Assembly: GCA_963841915.1 (NCBI GenBank)
Contig: CAWJEN010000005.1
Location: 1,024,001 to 1,088,000, forward strand
Direction: 5' to 3'
Length of the DNA stretch: 64,000 nt
Source: an uncultured Planctomycetota bacterium
Lineage (GTDB): Bacteria > Planctomycetota > Phycisphaerae > Tepidisphaerales > Tepidisphaeraceae
A program made the position numbers and the translations under genes. Positions 50,811 through 60,972 of this stretch are shown here, piece by piece (position 1 is the stretch's first letter; each line of letters starts with the position of its first letter). The notes under the pieces were generated by a model. That model did no database searches and had not been told where the DNA came from. It was given only the letters and a program-made list of their open reading frames with translations.

Positions 50811-52028
50811 TCAATCGACCAGCGAGCTCATCTTGAAGATCGGCAGGATAATGGACATCGCGATGAAGCCGACGAGGCCACCCATGACGACGATCATGAG
50901 CGGTTCAATCATGGCTGTGCAGTTCTTGATAACGGCCTTAAGCTCACGGTTGTAGAACTCGCTGACCTCGTCGAGCACTTCGCCGAGTCGGCCAGATTCT
51001 TCGCCGGCACCGATCATCTGCACCGTCGCCCGCGGCAGCAGCGGCGAAGCGCTGAGCGGCTGACTGATCTTCTTGCCTTGTTTGACGCTGACGTACACGC
51101 TCCGCCACATCTTCTTGAAGTGGACATTGCCACTGATCTCGGCGGTGATGGCGATCGTGTCGAGCATTGGGACGCCCGCATTGATGAGCTGGCCCATCGC
51201 GTGCAGCGACCGCGTGATGTAGAGCGCACGAAACATCTTCTTGAACAGCGGCACCTTGAGCTTGATGTGGTCGAAAATGCTTCGGCCTTTGTCTGTCTTG
51301 AGGCCGATCATCGTGCCCCAGACTCCGACGACAAGAGCGCCGACCAGGATGTACCACTGGTTGATCATGAAGTCGCTCAGCGCCAGCAGGAACTTCGTCG
51401 GTAGCGGCAACACGGCCTCTTTGCCCTCGAACATCACCGTGAAACGCGGCAGGACGAACGTGAGCAGAAAGATTGTCACGCTGCACGCCAAGCCGCCGAT
51501 GATGCCTGGATAGATCATCGCACCGCGGACCTGTTGAACGGTCTCGATCTGCTGCGTGAGGTAACCGGCGATGCGGTCGAGCATCTTGCTGAAGCCACCG
51601 GACAGTTCCGACGCCCGCACCATGTTGACGTAGAGCGGGCCAAACTTCTTTGGATAACGCTGCAGTGCCTGGCTGAACGGCTTTCCGCTTTCGACATCCG
51701 CCTGAATCTGGCGGAGCATTTTCTGAAACTTGGGATTCTCCTGCTGGTCGGCAATGCCTTCGAGCGCAGCCCGCAGGCTGATGCCGGCCCGGACCATTAC
51801 GCTCAGCTGAGCCGTAAAGGCTTGTATGTCCTTGGATGACGGCCCGAGGGACAGACTGATGTCGGCAAGCGACTTCTTGGCCTTGGCCGACGCGGCGGGC
51901 GTGAGGCGGAGCACGTACTGCCCGCCTTGACGCAGTTGCTGCGAGGCCGCCTGGAGCGACGCGGCGGCGAGGGTTCCAGTGGAGACGGTGCCCGCACTGG
52001 TTCGAACTTCGTACTGGAAATGCGGCAT
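50811..52028 (-). CDS. pilC: Type IV pilus platform protein (PilC/GspF)
   Basis: Two T2SSF domains; MIGAGEESGRL; IEP. Confidence 0.9.
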   Translation of the reverse strand: MPHFQYEVRTSAGTVSTGTLAAASLQAASQQLRQGGQYVLRLTPAASAKAKKSLADISLSLGPSSKDIQAFTAQLSVMVRAGISLRAALEGIADQQENPKFQKMLRQIQADVESGKPFSQALQRYPKKFGPLYVNMVRASELSGGFSKMLDRIAGYLTQQIETVQQVRGAMIYPGIIGGLACSVTIFLLTFVLPRFTVMFEGKEAVLPLPTKFLLALSDFMINQWYILVGALVVGVWGTMIGLKTDKGRSIFDHIKLKVPLFKKMFRALYITRSLHAMGQLINAGVPMLDTIAITAEISGNVHFKKMWRSVYVSVKQGKKISQPLSASPLLPRATVQMIGAGEESGRLGEVLDEVSEFYNRELKAVIKNCTAMIEPLMIVVMGGLVGFIAMSIILPIFKMSSLVD

Positions 52029-52077
52029 CGTTTAGCCTCCTTGCAGGGTCACGGACGTCCCACCAACACGACACAAC

Positions 52078-53130
52078 TCAGGCGGCTAGGGCCCGCTCGA
52101 CCTTCTCCGGGTGCGCCGCCTGGCTCACCGCGTCTTCGGCACTGATGCGGCCGTTGGCGTAGAGCTCCATGATCGAGTCATCGAGCGTCTGCATGCCGAG
52201 CTGGCGAGACGTCGAGATGATGTTGGGAATCTCGAAGATGCGGTTTTCGCGGATGCAGTTGCGAACAGCAGGCGTGCAAAGCATGACCTCGATGCCTGGG
52301 ACCATGCCCGGGCCGTCTTGCCTCTTGAAGAGTGTCTGGCTCACGACAGCTTGAAGCGTGTTGGCCAGCATCGAGCGAATCTGGTTCTGCTCGTCAGAGG
52401 GGTAGATGTCGATGATCCGCTCAATCGTCTGCGGCGCGTTGACGGTGTGCAGCGTGCTGAGCACAAGGTGACCCGTCTCTGCGGCGGTAATGGCGGCGCT
52501 GGTTGTTTCGAGGTCACGCATTTCACCGACCAGAATGACGTCGGGATCTTGACGCAGCACGTGGCGAAGGCCGCTGGCAAAAGTCGGGCAATCTTCGCCG
52601 ATCTCGCGTTGCTCGATGGCTGACTTCTCGCTGGTAAAGGTGTACTCGATCGGGTCTTCGATCGTGATGATGTGCCCTTGGTCGCGCTTGTTGATCGCGT
52701 CGATCATGCCGGCCAGCGTCGTGCTTTTTCCAGAGCCCGTGCCACCGGTGACGAGAATGAGGCCGCGTGGCAGGTGCGTGAGCTTGCTGACGACCTCAGG
52801 GAGACCGAGCATGTCAAGCGGGCGAATCTCGTCGTTGACGGTGCGGAAGGCCAAAGCGACCGTGCCACGCTGGTAGTGGGCGTTGACGCGGAAGCGGCTG
52901 CAGTCCTCGACCGCATACGAAAAGTCGGCGTCGCGAAGCTGCTGGAACTTCGACCACCGGTCGTCGTCCATCATGTGCTTGCACAGCTCGACGCACGACT
53001 CTGGCGTCATCACCGGGAAATCGGTTCTTTCGACCACGGTCGTGACGCGGAACATGGGTGGCTGGCCACAGTTGATGTGGATGTCAGACGCCCCGGCGGC
53101 AACAGCTTTTCTTAGAATGTCGTCGAGCAT
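52078..53130 (-). CDS. pilT: Type IV pilus retraction ATPase
   Basis: ASDIH, GGTGSGKSTT, TIEDPIE, LRQDPDVILVGEMRD, AETGHLV.STLHT, AVRNCIRE, GMQT. Confidence 0.92.
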   Translation of the reverse strand: MLDDILRKAVAAGASDIHINCGQPPMFRVTTVVERTDFPVMTPESCVELCKHMMDDDRWSKFQQLRDADFSYAVEDCSRFRVNAHYQRGTVALAFRTVNDEIRPLDMLGLPEVVSKLTHLPRGLILVTGGTGSGKSTTLAGMIDAINKRDQGHIITIEDPIEYTFTSEKSAIEQREIGEDCPTFASGLRHVLRQDPDVILVGEMRDLETTSAAITAAETGHLVLSTLHTVNAPQTIERIIDIYPSDEQNQIRSMLANTLQAVVSQTLFKRQDGPGMVPGIEVMLCTPAVRNCIRENRIFEIPNIISTSRQLGMQTLDDSIMELYANGRISAEDAVSQAAHPEKVERALAA

Positions 53131-53230
53131 AATGATCCCTTCTACTTCGTATCCAAGATGTGTCCGGTGAAGCCGCAGGCGGCTTATCGGACACAAGCTG
53201 GGTAAAGCTGGAAGACTGATGCGACGCGAT

Positions 53231-54469
53231 CTACACGAGCGAGTGCAACCGCGACCACGCCTCATCGGCAAGCTCGATCTGCGCCTCGGCCCGCGCAAGC
53301 GTCGGGCCTCGAAGTACCTCGGCGGCAGACCACAGCCGCAACGCCTCGGCCGAAAGGTTTTCGCTCAGCTTCTCGTCTGCCAGCGGAACCACCGAGCAAG
53401 CTTCGCCGAACTGGACCGCCAGTCCGTCGAACTTCTGCTTGTAGTACGGCGACTTGTACAACCCGATCACCGGCACGCCCTGCGATAATGCAAAGACGCC
53501 GGCGTGGTAACTGCCCGTAATGACCACACGGCAGCGACCGGCGAGCTGCACGATGTCCTCTGGAGACGATGCAGCAGCGCTGGCGGCATCGACGGATACG
53601 CCATCGGGAAGCAACCTGGCTGTGTTGAGACGGTCTTCGTCCTCGCGCAGCGAGATCGGCACGATCGTCGGCTCGGCACCCGTCGCGTCAAGCACCCGAC
53701 CGATGCCGTCTTTGAGGCGGCGGACATCGTCATCACCGGCGGCCGAGTAATCGGTGACGCGCAAGTTCAAGCCAAGGCGGTCACCGAGCGTCTCACGACG
53801 CTGCGCGTGGGCCGTCTTGATGGCGTCGTCGCCAGTGATGATGACATGCTCGTCAGGCACACCCAGATCGCGGGCCAGTGGGGGGCCGTCGAGGCCCTCG
53901 CGTAGGGTCAGCAGATCGAGGCCGCACAGCATGTCGCCGACGCGCTTGCGGAGCCAGGGCAGCTGGAGCGGGCCTAGTCCCTGACCGAACATGGCCGTCG
54001 GGATGCCGCGAAGTTGAGCGGATTGCAACACCGGCGGCACACCCATCGCCATATAGACGAACACGTCGGTGAGGTAACCGCCGCCCGAGGCGATGACCAG
54101 ATCGGCCTTGGAAAGTGCATCGACGAAGAGGTCGAGATCGGCCGTCTCTTTGCCGGCGAGGCGTCGCTTGACGCGAACAAGCTTGGCGGCAATCTGCGGC
54201 GACCGCATGGCCGTGCGGCGGTCAAGGCCGCGGGCAAAACGTGAGAAGCCACCGAGCAGCGCGTTGTTGCCTAGCAACCGGTCGCGGCCGCTTGTCGGGA
54301 TCGGACGAACGGTGTCGCCGAAGTGTCGCCGAAGCGGCTCGGTGTCTCCCATGACGTCGAGCCTGGCGTGAGGGAACAGCGCGCGACACCGCTCGATGGC
54401 GACGGCAAGCATTGCCCAGTCGCCCATGTTGTGCAGGCCGTAGCCGCTCTGCTCGATCAGAATGCGCAT
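53231..54469 (-). CDS. Polysaccharide pyruvyl transferase family protein
   Basis: N.GD.AM, GGGY..D, GQGLGP, LRE, YHA.VFAL..GVP. Confidence 0.85.
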   Translation of the reverse strand: MRILIEQSGYGLHNMGDWAMLAVAIERCRALFPHARLDVMGDTEPLRRHFGDTVRPIPTSGRDRLLGNNALLGGFSRFARGLDRRTAMRSPQIAAKLVRVKRRLAGKETADLDLFVDALSKADLVIASGGGYLTDVFVYMAMGVPPVLQSAQLRGIPTAMFGQGLGPLQLPWLRKRVGDMLCGLDLLTLREGLDGPPLARDLGVPDEHVIITGDDAIKTAHAQRRETLGDRLGLNLRVTDYSAAGDDDVRRLKDGIGRVLDATGAEPTIVPISLREDEDRLNTARLLPDGVSVDAASAAASSPEDIVQLAGRCRVVITGSYHAGVFALSQGVPVIGLYKSPYYKQKFDGLAVQFGEACSVVPLADEKLSENLSAEALRLWSAAEVLRGPTLARAEAQIELADEAWSRLHSLV

Positions 54470-54498
54470 GGGGTTGGGCGGGTTCGGCGAGTCGATGC

Positions 54499-55857
54499 TC
54501 AGGCGGCAACACCGGGCCGTTGATCGCCCGCGTCGGGCGTGTGCGTCGCGTCAGCCTTGGTGGGCTCAAAGTTCCAGCGGTGTGGAAGCGTGACCGATCC
54601 ATAGGCCGATCCGGGCAGAACGGGTCGGCCTTCGACCGCACCGGGATGCACTTCGAACTCGATCGCACCTTCGACGTGATCCTGCACTTCGTTGGCCGAA
54701 CTGATGGCGGCGTTGAGCCGGTAGTGGCCGGGCACGAGCAGGCATTGGTCGCTCCGCCACGTCAGGGTGTACGGGTTGCCTTCTCGACCTTCGGATGCCG
54801 TGTCGGCAGGCGAGGCCGTTCCAGAATCGGAGTTGAAGACCGGCTGTCCCTGGGCGTCATACACCGTGAAGCGGCAACTCAGGCCCGGCAACCAGGTCGA
54901 AAGGTCGAAGCTGATCTCGAAGGGTTCACCCGTCGAGATGCCGACAGTGCCGTCGCCCCGTGCCAGGCCGCGGGTGCGGACGTCGAGCATCTTCGTGCCA
55001 CCTTTGCCGGCCCGATCAGTGCGGTCGGCAAGTCGCGTGCGACTCTTGTCGACCATCATCTGCAAGTAGACATCGATAGCTGATTCGGCGTCGCCCGAGT
55101 ACTCGACTTCGCCGGCGCCCAGCACGATGCCCGATGTGCACAGCGTGCGAATCGCGCCCATGTTGTGACTGACGAAGAGCACCGTGCGGCCTTCGCCGAC
55201 GACGTTCTTCATCTTCCCGAGGCACTTGCGCTGAAACGCTGCATCACCGACCGCAAGCACTTCGTCGACCACGAGCACTTCGGGCTCCAGGTGGGCGGCG
55301 ACGGCAAAGGCCAGCCGCGTGTACATGCCGCTGGAGTACTGCTTGACGGGCGTGTCGAGGAACCGCTCGACCTCGCTGAAGTCGACGATTTCATCGAACT
55401 TTGACTTCACCTGCTGGCGCGTCATGCCGAGGATCGCACCGTTGAGGAAGATGTTCTCGCGGCCGCTGAGCTCGGGGTGGAAGCCGGTACCGACTTCTAG
55501 GAGTGAGCCGACGCGGCCGTTGATCTCGATCCGGCCGCGGGTCGGCTTGGTGATCTGCGACAGAACCTTGAGCAGCGTGCTCTTGCCCGCGCCGTTGCGG
55601 CCGATGATGCCGACCGCTTCGCCGCGTTTGATTTCGAAGGAAACGTCCTTGAGTGCCCAGAACGTGGTCGGATCGGCATCGTCTCCGTCGCCGCGCAGGG
55701 TAGAGCCGGCGGGACGCAACCGATTGGCCAATGCAGCGGGGCTTCGGGCGATATTGCCCAGCACGTCGCGGAAGGTCTTGTACGACGCGCTACCGGGCGC
55801 GTTGATGCGGTAGCGTTTGCCAACGTGCTGGCAGCGGATGGCAATGTCGTCAGGCAT
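54499..55857 (-). CDS. wzt: Wzt polysaccharide ABC exporter ATPase with C-terminal carbohydrate-binding domain
   Basis: FWALKDVSF, GRNGAGKSTLLK, YSSGM..RLAF, VDEVLAVGD, plus a Wzt-C extension. Confidence 0.92.
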   Translation of the reverse strand: MPDDIAIRCQHVGKRYRINAPGSASYKTFRDVLGNIARSPAALANRLRPAGSTLRGDGDDADPTTFWALKDVSFEIKRGEAVGIIGRNGAGKSTLLKVLSQITKPTRGRIEINGRVGSLLEVGTGFHPELSGRENIFLNGAILGMTRQQVKSKFDEIVDFSEVERFLDTPVKQYSSGMYTRLAFAVAAHLEPEVLVVDEVLAVGDAAFQRKCLGKMKNVVGEGRTVLFVSHNMGAIRTLCTSGIVLGAGEVEYSGDAESAIDVYLQMMVDKSRTRLADRTDRAGKGGTKMLDVRTRGLARGDGTVGISTGEPFEISFDLSTWLPGLSCRFTVYDAQGQPVFNSDSGTASPADTASEGREGNPYTLTWRSDQCLLVPGHYRLNAAISSANEVQDHVEGAIEFEVHPGAVEGRPVLPGSAYGSVTLPHRWNFEPTKADATHTPDAGDQRPGVAA

Positions 55858-55914
55858 GAGCGATGGGTTCGGAGCAGAACAGTCAGCGGGCAGGGCAGGC
55901 GGCGGTCGGTCAGA

Positions 55915-56793
55915 TCAGACGACGTCGGCAAAGGTGTCTTCGACGCGGCGGAAGTAGAGCAGGCCACCGATGAGGCAGACAGCCGTGGACACCGCACCGA
56001 CGGCCCACATGGCCGGGTGGGCGGGCGTGCCCAAAGCTGCCCAGCGGAAGAACTCGATCGGTGCCGCCCCCGGCAACAGGCCGTACAGAGGCCGCCATGT
56101 GTCGCTGATCTGCGACGCCGGCCAGAAGACCGGGGCGGCGAAGATCATCGACTGCGTCACGAACGGGATCACGTACCGCACGTCGCGATACTCGACATTC
56201 AATGCCGACAGCGGCAGCCCGATGGCGATGGCCGACAGGAACGCCCACAGCACGGCGACCGGAATCAGCAACGCCTGGATCGGCGGGACGAAGCTGTCGA
56301 CGCCCGGAATCAGCGGCAGGGCCGCAACGACCAGCACGAGCACCGTAAACTGAATGAGCGCGTCGACGAGCGACACCATGGCCGCCGAGGTCGGCAGGAC
56401 CAGGCGTGGGAAGTAGACCTTCTTGAGCATGTTCTGGGCCGCAACCAGCGACATGCAGCTCGTTTGAAATCCGGTGTTGAACAGCATCCAAGGCAGCTGG
56501 CTGACCAGGTAGAACAGGAATGCCGGCTTAACGCCATCTGTGCCCGCACCGGCAACCCCGCCGAAGATGACGGTGCCGATAACCGTGAAGACGATCGGCT
56601 GGATCAGCGCCCACAGCACGCCAAGGGCGGTTTGCTTGTAACGGACTTTGATGTCTCGGAGGGCGAAGATCGCGAACAGTTCGCGGTAATGCCACAGCTC
56701 GCGGAGGTCGAGCGACTGCCAGCCACCACCGGGTTCGACGACTTTCGAGATCGGCGAGCTGGCGGCGGTGGGTTCCGTGGAGAGCGTGGTCAT
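55915..56793 (-). CDS. wzm: Wzm polysaccharide ABC exporter permease
   Basis: RDIKVRYKQT.LG..W...QP, KVYFPR, YRD, FADVV. Confidence 0.92.
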   Translation of the reverse strand: MTTLSTEPTAASSPISKVVEPGGGWQSLDLRELWHYRELFAIFALRDIKVRYKQTALGVLWALIQPIVFTVIGTVIFGGVAGAGTDGVKPAFLFYLVSQLPWMLFNTGFQTSCMSLVAAQNMLKKVYFPRLVLPTSAAMVSLVDALIQFTVLVLVVAALPLIPGVDSFVPPIQALLIPVAVLWAFLSAIAIGLPLSALNVEYRDVRYVIPFVTQSMIFAAPVFWPASQISDTWRPLYGLLPGAAPIEFFRWAALGTPAHPAMWAVGAVSTAVCLIGGLLYFRRVEDTFADVV

Positions 56794-57052
56794 GTGCCGT
56801 CAGCAGGTCGGTGTCAGAAGAGTTCCGTCGGGGCGACCGTCACACCTGCAACGATGCCCCAGGCAAGGCCGGCGGAGGCCGGGCACTGCCCGTTTCATCG
56901 GTCCGTCCCCGCCCGGGCACCCTGGCCGATGCTGTGTCGCCAGTTATAGGAACTAAGACCGGCGTCACCCGCTGCACGAACCAGCTTGACGCAGCAAATC
57001 CAGCCACGAACTCAAAGGCCGCGGCTGAACGCTGATCTTGCTGCGTCAGATA

Positions 57053-58831
57053 CTAACCGCCCTCGGTCACACGCAGCACCTCATCGACTGTGGTCATGCC
57101 CGCGTCGACCTTCTGCCAGCCGTCCTCACGAAGCACGACCAGTCCCGCCTCACGGCACATACGACGCAGGGCGTTGACTTCCGGATTCGTCGTCACCGCA
57201 TCACGCAGCGCGTCGTCCATCTTCAGCAGCTCGTATAAGCCGAGCCGGCCGGTGTAGCCGGTTTGACGGCACTTGTCGCAACCGCCGCCGTGGAACATCG
57301 GGCGAGACGGGTCAAAGCCGTTGCGCTCGTAGACCTTCTTGGTCTCGTCGCTGGGATTGAACGCTTGCTTGCAGTTCGGGCAGATCTTTCGGATAAGCCG
57401 TTGAGCAAGGATGCCGTTGACCGCCGCCGAGATCAGGTACGGCTCGACGCCGATGTTGATGAGTCGGGTGATGCTTGCCGGTGCGTCGTTGGTGTGGAGC
57501 GTCGACAGCACGAGGTGACCCGTGAGCGACGCCTGGACGGCGATGCGGGCTGTTTCGCCGTCGCGAATTTCACCGAGCATGACGACGTCCGGGTCCTGAC
57601 GCAGCAGGCTGCGAAGGGCCGCCGAGAAGGTCATGCCGATCTTGTCCGTCACCTGAACCTGGTTAGCCGCCTGCAGGTGGTACTCGACTGGGTCTTCGAC
57701 GGTCGAGATGTTGAGCTTGCCGCCGTCCATGCAGCGGAGCGACGAGTAGAGCGTGGTGGTCTTACCCGAACCCGTCGGGCCTGTGACGAGCAGGATGCCG
57801 TGCGGCTGATCAATCATGTCACGCCACGTCGACAAGTGCGCGTCGCTGAAGCCAAGCGCCTCGAGCGGCACGTTGATCGAGCGATTGTCGAGGATTCGGA
57901 TGACGATCTTCTCACCTGCCACCGTTGGCAGCGTGCTCATGCGAAGGTCGATTTTGCGGCCTTGCACGACGGCTCGAATGCGGCCGTCCTGGGGAAGGCG
58001 TCGCTCGGCGATGTCGAGGTTCGCCATGATCTTCAGACGCGAGCTAATCGCCGGGGCCATCGCGTAGGGCGGGCTCATCGCACTGAACAAGATGCCGTCG
58101 ATGCGATAGCGGACGGTGAGCTGCTTCTCCTTGGGCTCGATGTGGATGTCGCTTGCGCCTTGTTTGATCGCGTCGGCGATGAGGTAGTTGACGAAGCGGA
58201 TGACCGGCGACTCGCTGCCGGCCTTTTCCAGATCGTCGGCATCCTCGGTCTTCTCTTCGACGACGCTCACGTCGTCTTCGGCAGCATCACCGATGATGTC
58301 GTTGAGGTTGCCAAGGTCGTTGCCACCATCCCCGGCAAGCTCTTCGCACACCTTGGCCACGAGCGACGGTGGCACGACGACAAGATCGACCGTCCGCCCG
58401 CCGAGTCGACGCGCTACTTCATCGACAACGAATATGTCTGCCGGATCGCAGACGCCGATCCGCGTCTGTTGATCGTCGACGATCGGCATGACGCCGGTCT
58501 CTCGGCAGTAGTCGAGGCCGATCTTGTCGATTGTTGAGCGGACACGTTCTGGCTCGCCGTCAAGCTCGGCCAAGAACGGCACGCCGTGCAGTTCGGCCAG
58601 AGCGGCGTAGACCTCCGCCTCTTCCGCGCCATTTTCTACAAGCACGCGCTGCAGCGGCTGGCCCGGCGTTTTGTCGATGACGGCTCTAGCTTGCTCAACG
58701 GCCTCGGCCGCGATCCTGCCGCGCCGGATCAAGACGTCTTCCAGCGTCAGCCGCTGGGCCATGTCCTCATCGGGCGACCAGAGGCCGCCGTGCATGGGCT
58801 CGGGCGTGGGATCGAAGCGGATCGTGTTCAT
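57053..58831 (-). CDS. pilB: Type IV pilus assembly ATPase (PilB/GspE)
   Basis: ASDIHIEP, ERRLPQDGR, GPTGSGKTTT, CPNC...CDKC zinc motif, N-terminal MshEN-like region. Confidence 0.92.
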   Translation of the reverse strand: MNTIRFDPTPEPMHGGLWSPDEDMAQRLTLEDVLIRRGRIAAEAVEQARAVIDKTPGQPLQRVLVENGAEEAEVYAALAELHGVPFLAELDGEPERVRSTIDKIGLDYCRETGVMPIVDDQQTRIGVCDPADIFVVDEVARRLGGRTVDLVVVPPSLVAKVCEELAGDGGNDLGNLNDIIGDAAEDDVSVVEEKTEDADDLEKAGSESPVIRFVNYLIADAIKQGASDIHIEPKEKQLTVRYRIDGILFSAMSPPYAMAPAISSRLKIMANLDIAERRLPQDGRIRAVVQGRKIDLRMSTLPTVAGEKIVIRILDNRSINVPLEALGFSDAHLSTWRDMIDQPHGILLVTGPTGSGKTTTLYSSLRCMDGGKLNISTVEDPVEYHLQAANQVQVTDKIGMTFSAALRSLLRQDPDVVMLGEIRDGETARIAVQASLTGHLVLSTLHTNDAPASITRLINIGVEPYLISAAVNGILAQRLIRKICPNCKQAFNPSDETKKVYERNGFDPSRPMFHGGGCDKCRQTGYTGRLGLYELLKMDDALRDAVTTNPEVNALRRMCREAGLVVLREDGWQKVDAGMTTVDEVLRVTEGG

Positions 58832-58860
58832 CGGTGCGTTCTTCCTTGAGCGTGGTCCAA

Positions 58861-59565
58861 TCAGCGGTTCATCGTCGCCAGCGCTTCGTGCCCTTCGCGG
58901 CTGACGCGAATGCCTTCGCGGGTGATGGCGATGATCTTCATGTCCTCGCCGACGGTGTCACCGACACGCACGAAAGCGCCTTCGACTTGTGCCGTCGGTC
59001 GGCTGCCGAGCAGGACGCTGCCGACATCAAGTTTCGATGCGTCGGCGATCAGTCGCTGGCCCGCTTCCTTGCGAAGGCGGTCTCTTTCGGCTGCGAGTCG
59101 GCGGGCGTAGGCCTCGTTGACTTCGGCTGATTCTTCAAGCACGTCGGCCGCGACTTCTTCACGCCAGAACGGATTGGTCTTGAGCTTGTCGAGCGGGATC
59201 TGACTGTCGCGGCTGAGCTCGCCGAACTTGTCGCGAATCGCCTCGGTGTCGGCCAGCAGGTCACGTACCTCGTTGACCTCCGACGCACCACCGGCGAGGA
59301 ACTTTTGAATGCTCTGTCGAGCGGCCGAGACGGCCGGGTCAACGGTGACCGCCGCAGCGCCGGCCGAGGCGGGACCGGCCCGCATCTTCATCATGTAGAG
59401 CCCACCCGCGGCCAGGACGGCCATGCCGCAGAACGCCAGCGTCGTGCGACTGACCTTCTGCTTCTCTTCGGGCACGACATATCCGTCTTCGCCTCCACCG
59501 GATAGGGCGGCCGAGAAGTTTCGCTCCTCGTCGGGGAGCTGCGTGGTTCGTTGTTGGTCTTCCAT
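58861..59565 (-). CDS. Single-TM pilus accessory protein in the PilP position
   Basis: One TM, NPF motif, C-terminal beta domain (A.V.G...RVGD.V). Confidence 0.6.
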   Translation of the reverse strand: MEDQQRTTQLPDEERNFSAALSGGGEDGYVVPEEKQKVSRTTLAFCGMAVLAAGGLYMMKMRAGPASAGAAAVTVDPAVSAARQSIQKFLAGGASEVNEVRDLLADTEAIRDKFGELSRDSQIPLDKLKTNPFWREEVAADVLEESAEVNEAYARRLAAERDRLRKEAGQRLIADASKLDVGSVLLGSRPTAQVEGAFVRVGDTVGEDMKIIAITREGIRVSREGHEALATMNR

Positions 59566-59590
59566 GTCAAGTCCTTTCGAAGAAGGGGCC

Positions 59591-60148
59591 TTAGCCCGAG
59601 ATGACCTCGCCCGCCGTACCGGCCGGTTCGAAGAAGATGCAGAGTGTCATCTCTGCCTGCGTCTGTCCGTCCTGATCGTCAATGCGACTGAGCTTCAGCA
59701 TCGGCACCCGCGTGATGCGGTCCATCCGCTCGAGCTCGAGCTGATAGGCGTAGAAGCCTTCGAAATCGCCCGAAAGCTGTAGCGAAATCGGCTTCTCGCT
59801 GTAGTGGCTGTCACGACGCACGTTGCCGGGCTTGAACTCCTTGATCGACAGGCCGTTCTTCTGAGCGGCTTGCCAGACGTCGGTAAGGGTGCCTTGCACG
59901 TTCTCTTCACGAGGCAGTTTCGACTCGAAGAACTCGACGGCCTGGCGAAGCTCGTCGACGTGCCGCTCGAGGTCATCGATGTCGGCCGTTGCCATTTGCA
60001 GGTCGATGAGCTCGCGTCGCTTGTCGGCCTCGTCGGCGCGGTACTGCTCCTTGCGTTCGGCAACGCGTTTGAAGCCGAACCACCAGCTGCAACCGAGCAG
60101 CGCGAGCATGAGCGTGAGCAGAATGAGTTCGCGTAGTTGCAGTTTCAT
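59591..60148 (-). CDS. pilO: Type IV pilus protein PilO
   Basis: TM plus coiled coil, LP.E, Y.EKPI.LQLSGDF, LERMDRI. Confidence 0.85.
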   Translation of the reverse strand: MKLQLRELILLTLMLALLGCSWWFGFKRVAERKEQYRADEADKRRELIDLQMATADIDDLERHVDELRQAVEFFESKLPREENVQGTLTDVWQAAQKNGLSIKEFKPGNVRRDSHYSEKPISLQLSGDFEGFYAYQLELERMDRITRVPMLKLSRIDDQDGQTQAEMTLCIFFEPAGTAGEVISG

Positions 60149-60945
60149 GGTTGGCCTCCGAGCGGCGTTGTCATGTCGTCACCGCCTGCGACGGCAGTCG
60201 GTTGAACCGGTCGCGCCTCGACATCTGCATCGAGCTTCAGTGCGATGAGGAACCGGCGGACTTCGAGATCCTGGTCACGGCTTTCCTTCTCTCGCCGAAC
60301 CCACTTGAGGTCGACGCTGGTGAAGTACGAGCCGGATTTGAGCGCGTTGATGTAGTCGCTGACTTGACCCTCGCTGAGGGCCGTTCCTTCGAGGCCAAGC
60401 GTCGTGTCGTACGCGAGTGGCGCGGGCGGCTGAGCGACCACCTTGGTCTTGGTGCCAGGGGCAGGCTTAGGCGGCGCGGGCGGGGCAAGTCGCTTGGCGT
60501 CGAGGGACAGGTTGCTGAGCGTCACGCCGTGCGGCAGGGTGTTGGTCACCTCTGCCAGAAGGTTGCTCCTCGGCATGCGTTCGACGAGCGACGCGCTGAG
60601 TTCCCAGCGATCGGCGACGCTCTTTTGTCGGGTCTGCATCTGGCGGAACTGCTCGATGCGGCGGGCGGCGTGCGTGTACTCGGCATCGACTTCGGCAAAG
60701 CCTGCTTCGGCGGCGGCGAGTGACTGCTCGCTGAGGTGCCACGTCACGCCAATCGCACCGACGACGACGCCGAACAGCGACAAAAGGATGACGTCTGCGC
60801 GACGCTTGGCACGTCGCTCGGCATAGCCCTCGGGCAGGAAGTCCATGCCGTCCGTCGCCGTTGCCGGTCGACCGGCTCGTGCGAGCTTGGCGTAAAGCTT
60901 CTTGAACGTGGCGAGGCTGCCGCCGTCGGTGGTTTGGTCTTGCAT
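60145..60945 (-). CDS. pilN: Type IV pilus protein PilN
   Basis: DFLP, TM, coiled coil, LP.GV.L, LEG.A, YF..V.L. Confidence 0.8.
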   Translation of the reverse strand: MQDQTTDGGSLATFKKLYAKLARAGRPATATDGMDFLPEGYAERRAKRRADVILLSLFGVVVGAIGVTWHLSEQSLAAAEAGFAEVDAEYTHAARRIEQFRQMQTRQKSVADRWELSASLVERMPRSNLLAEVTNTLPHGVTLSNLSLDAKRLAPPAPPKPAPGTKTKVVAQPPAPLAYDTTLGLEGTALSEGQVSDYINALKSGSYFTSVDLKWVRREKESRDQDLEVRRFLIALKLDADVEARPVQPTAVAGGDDMTTPLGGQP

Positions 60946-60972
60946 CGGGTCGGTCCTTCGGTTCGACGTGGT

